Shown piece by piece: positions 62,437-64,000 of a stretch of DNA of 64,000 nt (within the stretch, counting starts at the first letter, position 1; each line of letters starts with the position of its first letter). Origin of the DNA: Centroscyllium fabricii (Eukaryota); NCBI GenBank assembly GCA_051313645.2, contig JBNRSN020000008.1:236964001-237028000 (forward strand), read 5' to 3'. The notes beneath the pieces were generated by a model, which searched no databases, had not been told where the DNA came from, and saw only the letters and a list, made by a program, of their open reading frames with translations. The position numbers and the translations under genes are program-made.

Positions 62437-62914
62437 TGAATCACGTAAAATTCTTTTAAAAACATCTCCCACTGATCCTCTGTCATTTTACCCATTAACA
62501 GATTTGCCCACTTTACTGTGGACAGTTTCTGTCTCTCCCCGTTGAAGTCGGCCTTACCTAAATCTAGAATCTTAGTCGCTGTTTTGCGTTTCTCACTTTC
62601 AAACGCTACTTTGAACTCGGTCATGTTATGATCGCTATTGGAGAAATGTTCATGCATGGTTAGGCTGTTAACTAAACCTGGCTCATGACTCATTACTAAA
62701 TCTAATATGGCTTGCCCCCTTGTTGCCACTAGGGCATATTGTTGTAGAAAACTATCCTGGACACACTCAAGAAATTCACTATCTTTCTGATAGGTGCTAG
62801 TCTGCTTATTCCAATCTATATGAAAGTTAAAATCCTCCACTACAACCACTTTGCCTCATACATTGAGCTCACACATTGAGCATATTTTTATGGCACAAAG
62901 TAATCTTTCAATGA

Positions 62915-63063
62915 AAGAAGTCACACAACACCAAGTTATAGTTACAATAGCTTTATTAGAAATCACAAGCTTTCGGAGCGCTGCTCCTTCGTCAGGTGAA
63001 GTCCACACTTGTGTGACTTCTTACATTTGTCCACCCCAGTCCAACACCGGCATCTCCTCATCA
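62915..63063. mobile_element. Penelope-type terminal fragment with an inverted segment
   Basis: AAGAAGTCACACAA / TTGTGTGACTTCTT inverted repeat; carries a hammerhead. Confidence 0.7.
62963..62999 (-). ncRNA. Minimal type I hammerhead ribozyme (Penelope-type)
   Basis: TCAC-CTGACGA-A-GGAGC(AGC)GCTCC-GAAA-GC-TT^-GTGA: intact core, helix I TCAC/GTGA, helix II, palindromic AGCT helix III. Confidence 0.7.
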
Positions 63064-63483
63064 TTTCAATTAATTGGGTTGCTTCACAAAACTTTAAAAA
63101 AATCCAAGCCTTCGTATTTTCCTGATACATCACTGCAGCTCACAAATGGAACACGCAATATAAAAATCGGGTTCCCAAACTGTGGTATGAGACATCTCTG
63201 AGGGGTACGCGGGAGAAATTGTCTAAATGTGGATTTTATTTATTAACTGTTAAATAAAGCAGTAAATTTACTTCAAGACATACCAATGAGAACACAGATA
63301 CACAGACGATGATGTACAGCGCCCTCATCTCCAATCACCGTACCCGACAGCGTGGTTTCAGTTGCGCAGCAATTGTAGTCTGACTGAGCTTAGAACGAAA
63401 CTGGTTTTTTTTTTGGTTGTATATGTTGCATTACATCTATATGTGCCAGGACATAACAGTGAAAAATGGACAGATGGCTAAAG

Positions 63484-63880
63484 ACATAGAAACATAGAAG
63501 ATAGGAGCAGGAGTAGGCCATTCGGCCCTTCGAGCCTGCTCCGCCATTCAATGAGATCATGGCTGATCATCTAAACCCAGCACCCCGCCCCTGCCCTCTC
63601 CCCATATCCCTATCGAGCCTGCATCGACACATATCCCACCCTATCCCCGTAACCCCACATATTCAATCCCCCTAACACTAAGGGTCAATTTATCATGGCC
63701 AATCAACCTAACCCGCACATCATTGGACTGTGGGAGGAAACCGGAGCACCCGGAGGAAACCCACGCAGACACGGGGAGAATGTGCAAACTCCACACAGAT
63801 AGTACCCGAGGCTGGATTTGAACCCGGGTCTCCAGTGCTGTGAGACAGCAGTGCTAACCACGATGCCACCGTGCCGCCCC
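63484..63880 (-). mobile_element. HE1-type SINE, full length
   Basis: Head, body and CR1 tail with (ACATAGAA)n on the plus strand. Confidence 0.9.
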
Positions 63881-64000
63881 TGTAGTGTTAAAAAGAATAC
63901 ACAAAGTATCAGTGATGAGAAGCGAAGTACTGAAATGTGTCTTGCCAGCACCAGTGCACTTGCTGAAATCACTGGGGAGACACTGGCTACTGACTCAACA

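Larger units (their letters stand above)
54630..62850 (-). mobile_element. Old CR1 LINE fragmented by Gypsy B and smaller insertions
   Basis: Collinear minus-strand pieces: EN (62394-62849), KSPEPDGFH/NYRSVSLTS (60746-61105) and RT (54680-55620). Confidence 0.85.

Overview
Vertebrate genomic DNA, almost certainly from a cartilaginous fish (shark/ray), judged by HE1-type V-SINEs, a SacSINE1-like DeuSINE and abundant CR1/HER1 LINEs. Most of the window is transposon-derived. The only host-gene evidence is a CpG-island promoter with coding exon 1 of a ZNF292/RLF/ZNF654-family gene (minus strand, 26729-26857); everything to its left is probably intron 1. The largest feature is a 17.6-kb retrovirus-like LTR element (34602-52212). 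It has ~1.4-kb LTRs, a 4-bp TSD, a tRNA-Arg-like PBS, gag ending in UGA-CUAG, no protease or RT, an integrase, and a putative spliced env of class-I fusion type lacking the gamma-type ISD/CX6CC motif (lokiretrovirus-like by inference). A CR1, a Gypsy, a SINE and a MITE are nested inside it. Two related Gypsy elements (40076-45417 +, 55626-60745 -) lack a tRNA PBS and instead have a sequence complementary to their own LTR poly(A)-signal region, with compensatory changes. The window also holds a near-complete Rex1/Babar LINE, a 5S-rRNA-derived SINE with a Rex1-like tail, Penelope fragments with minimal hammerhead ribozymes, several MITE families, solo LTRs and a G-rich minisatellite. All family assignments are from motif recognition by eye, not database searches.
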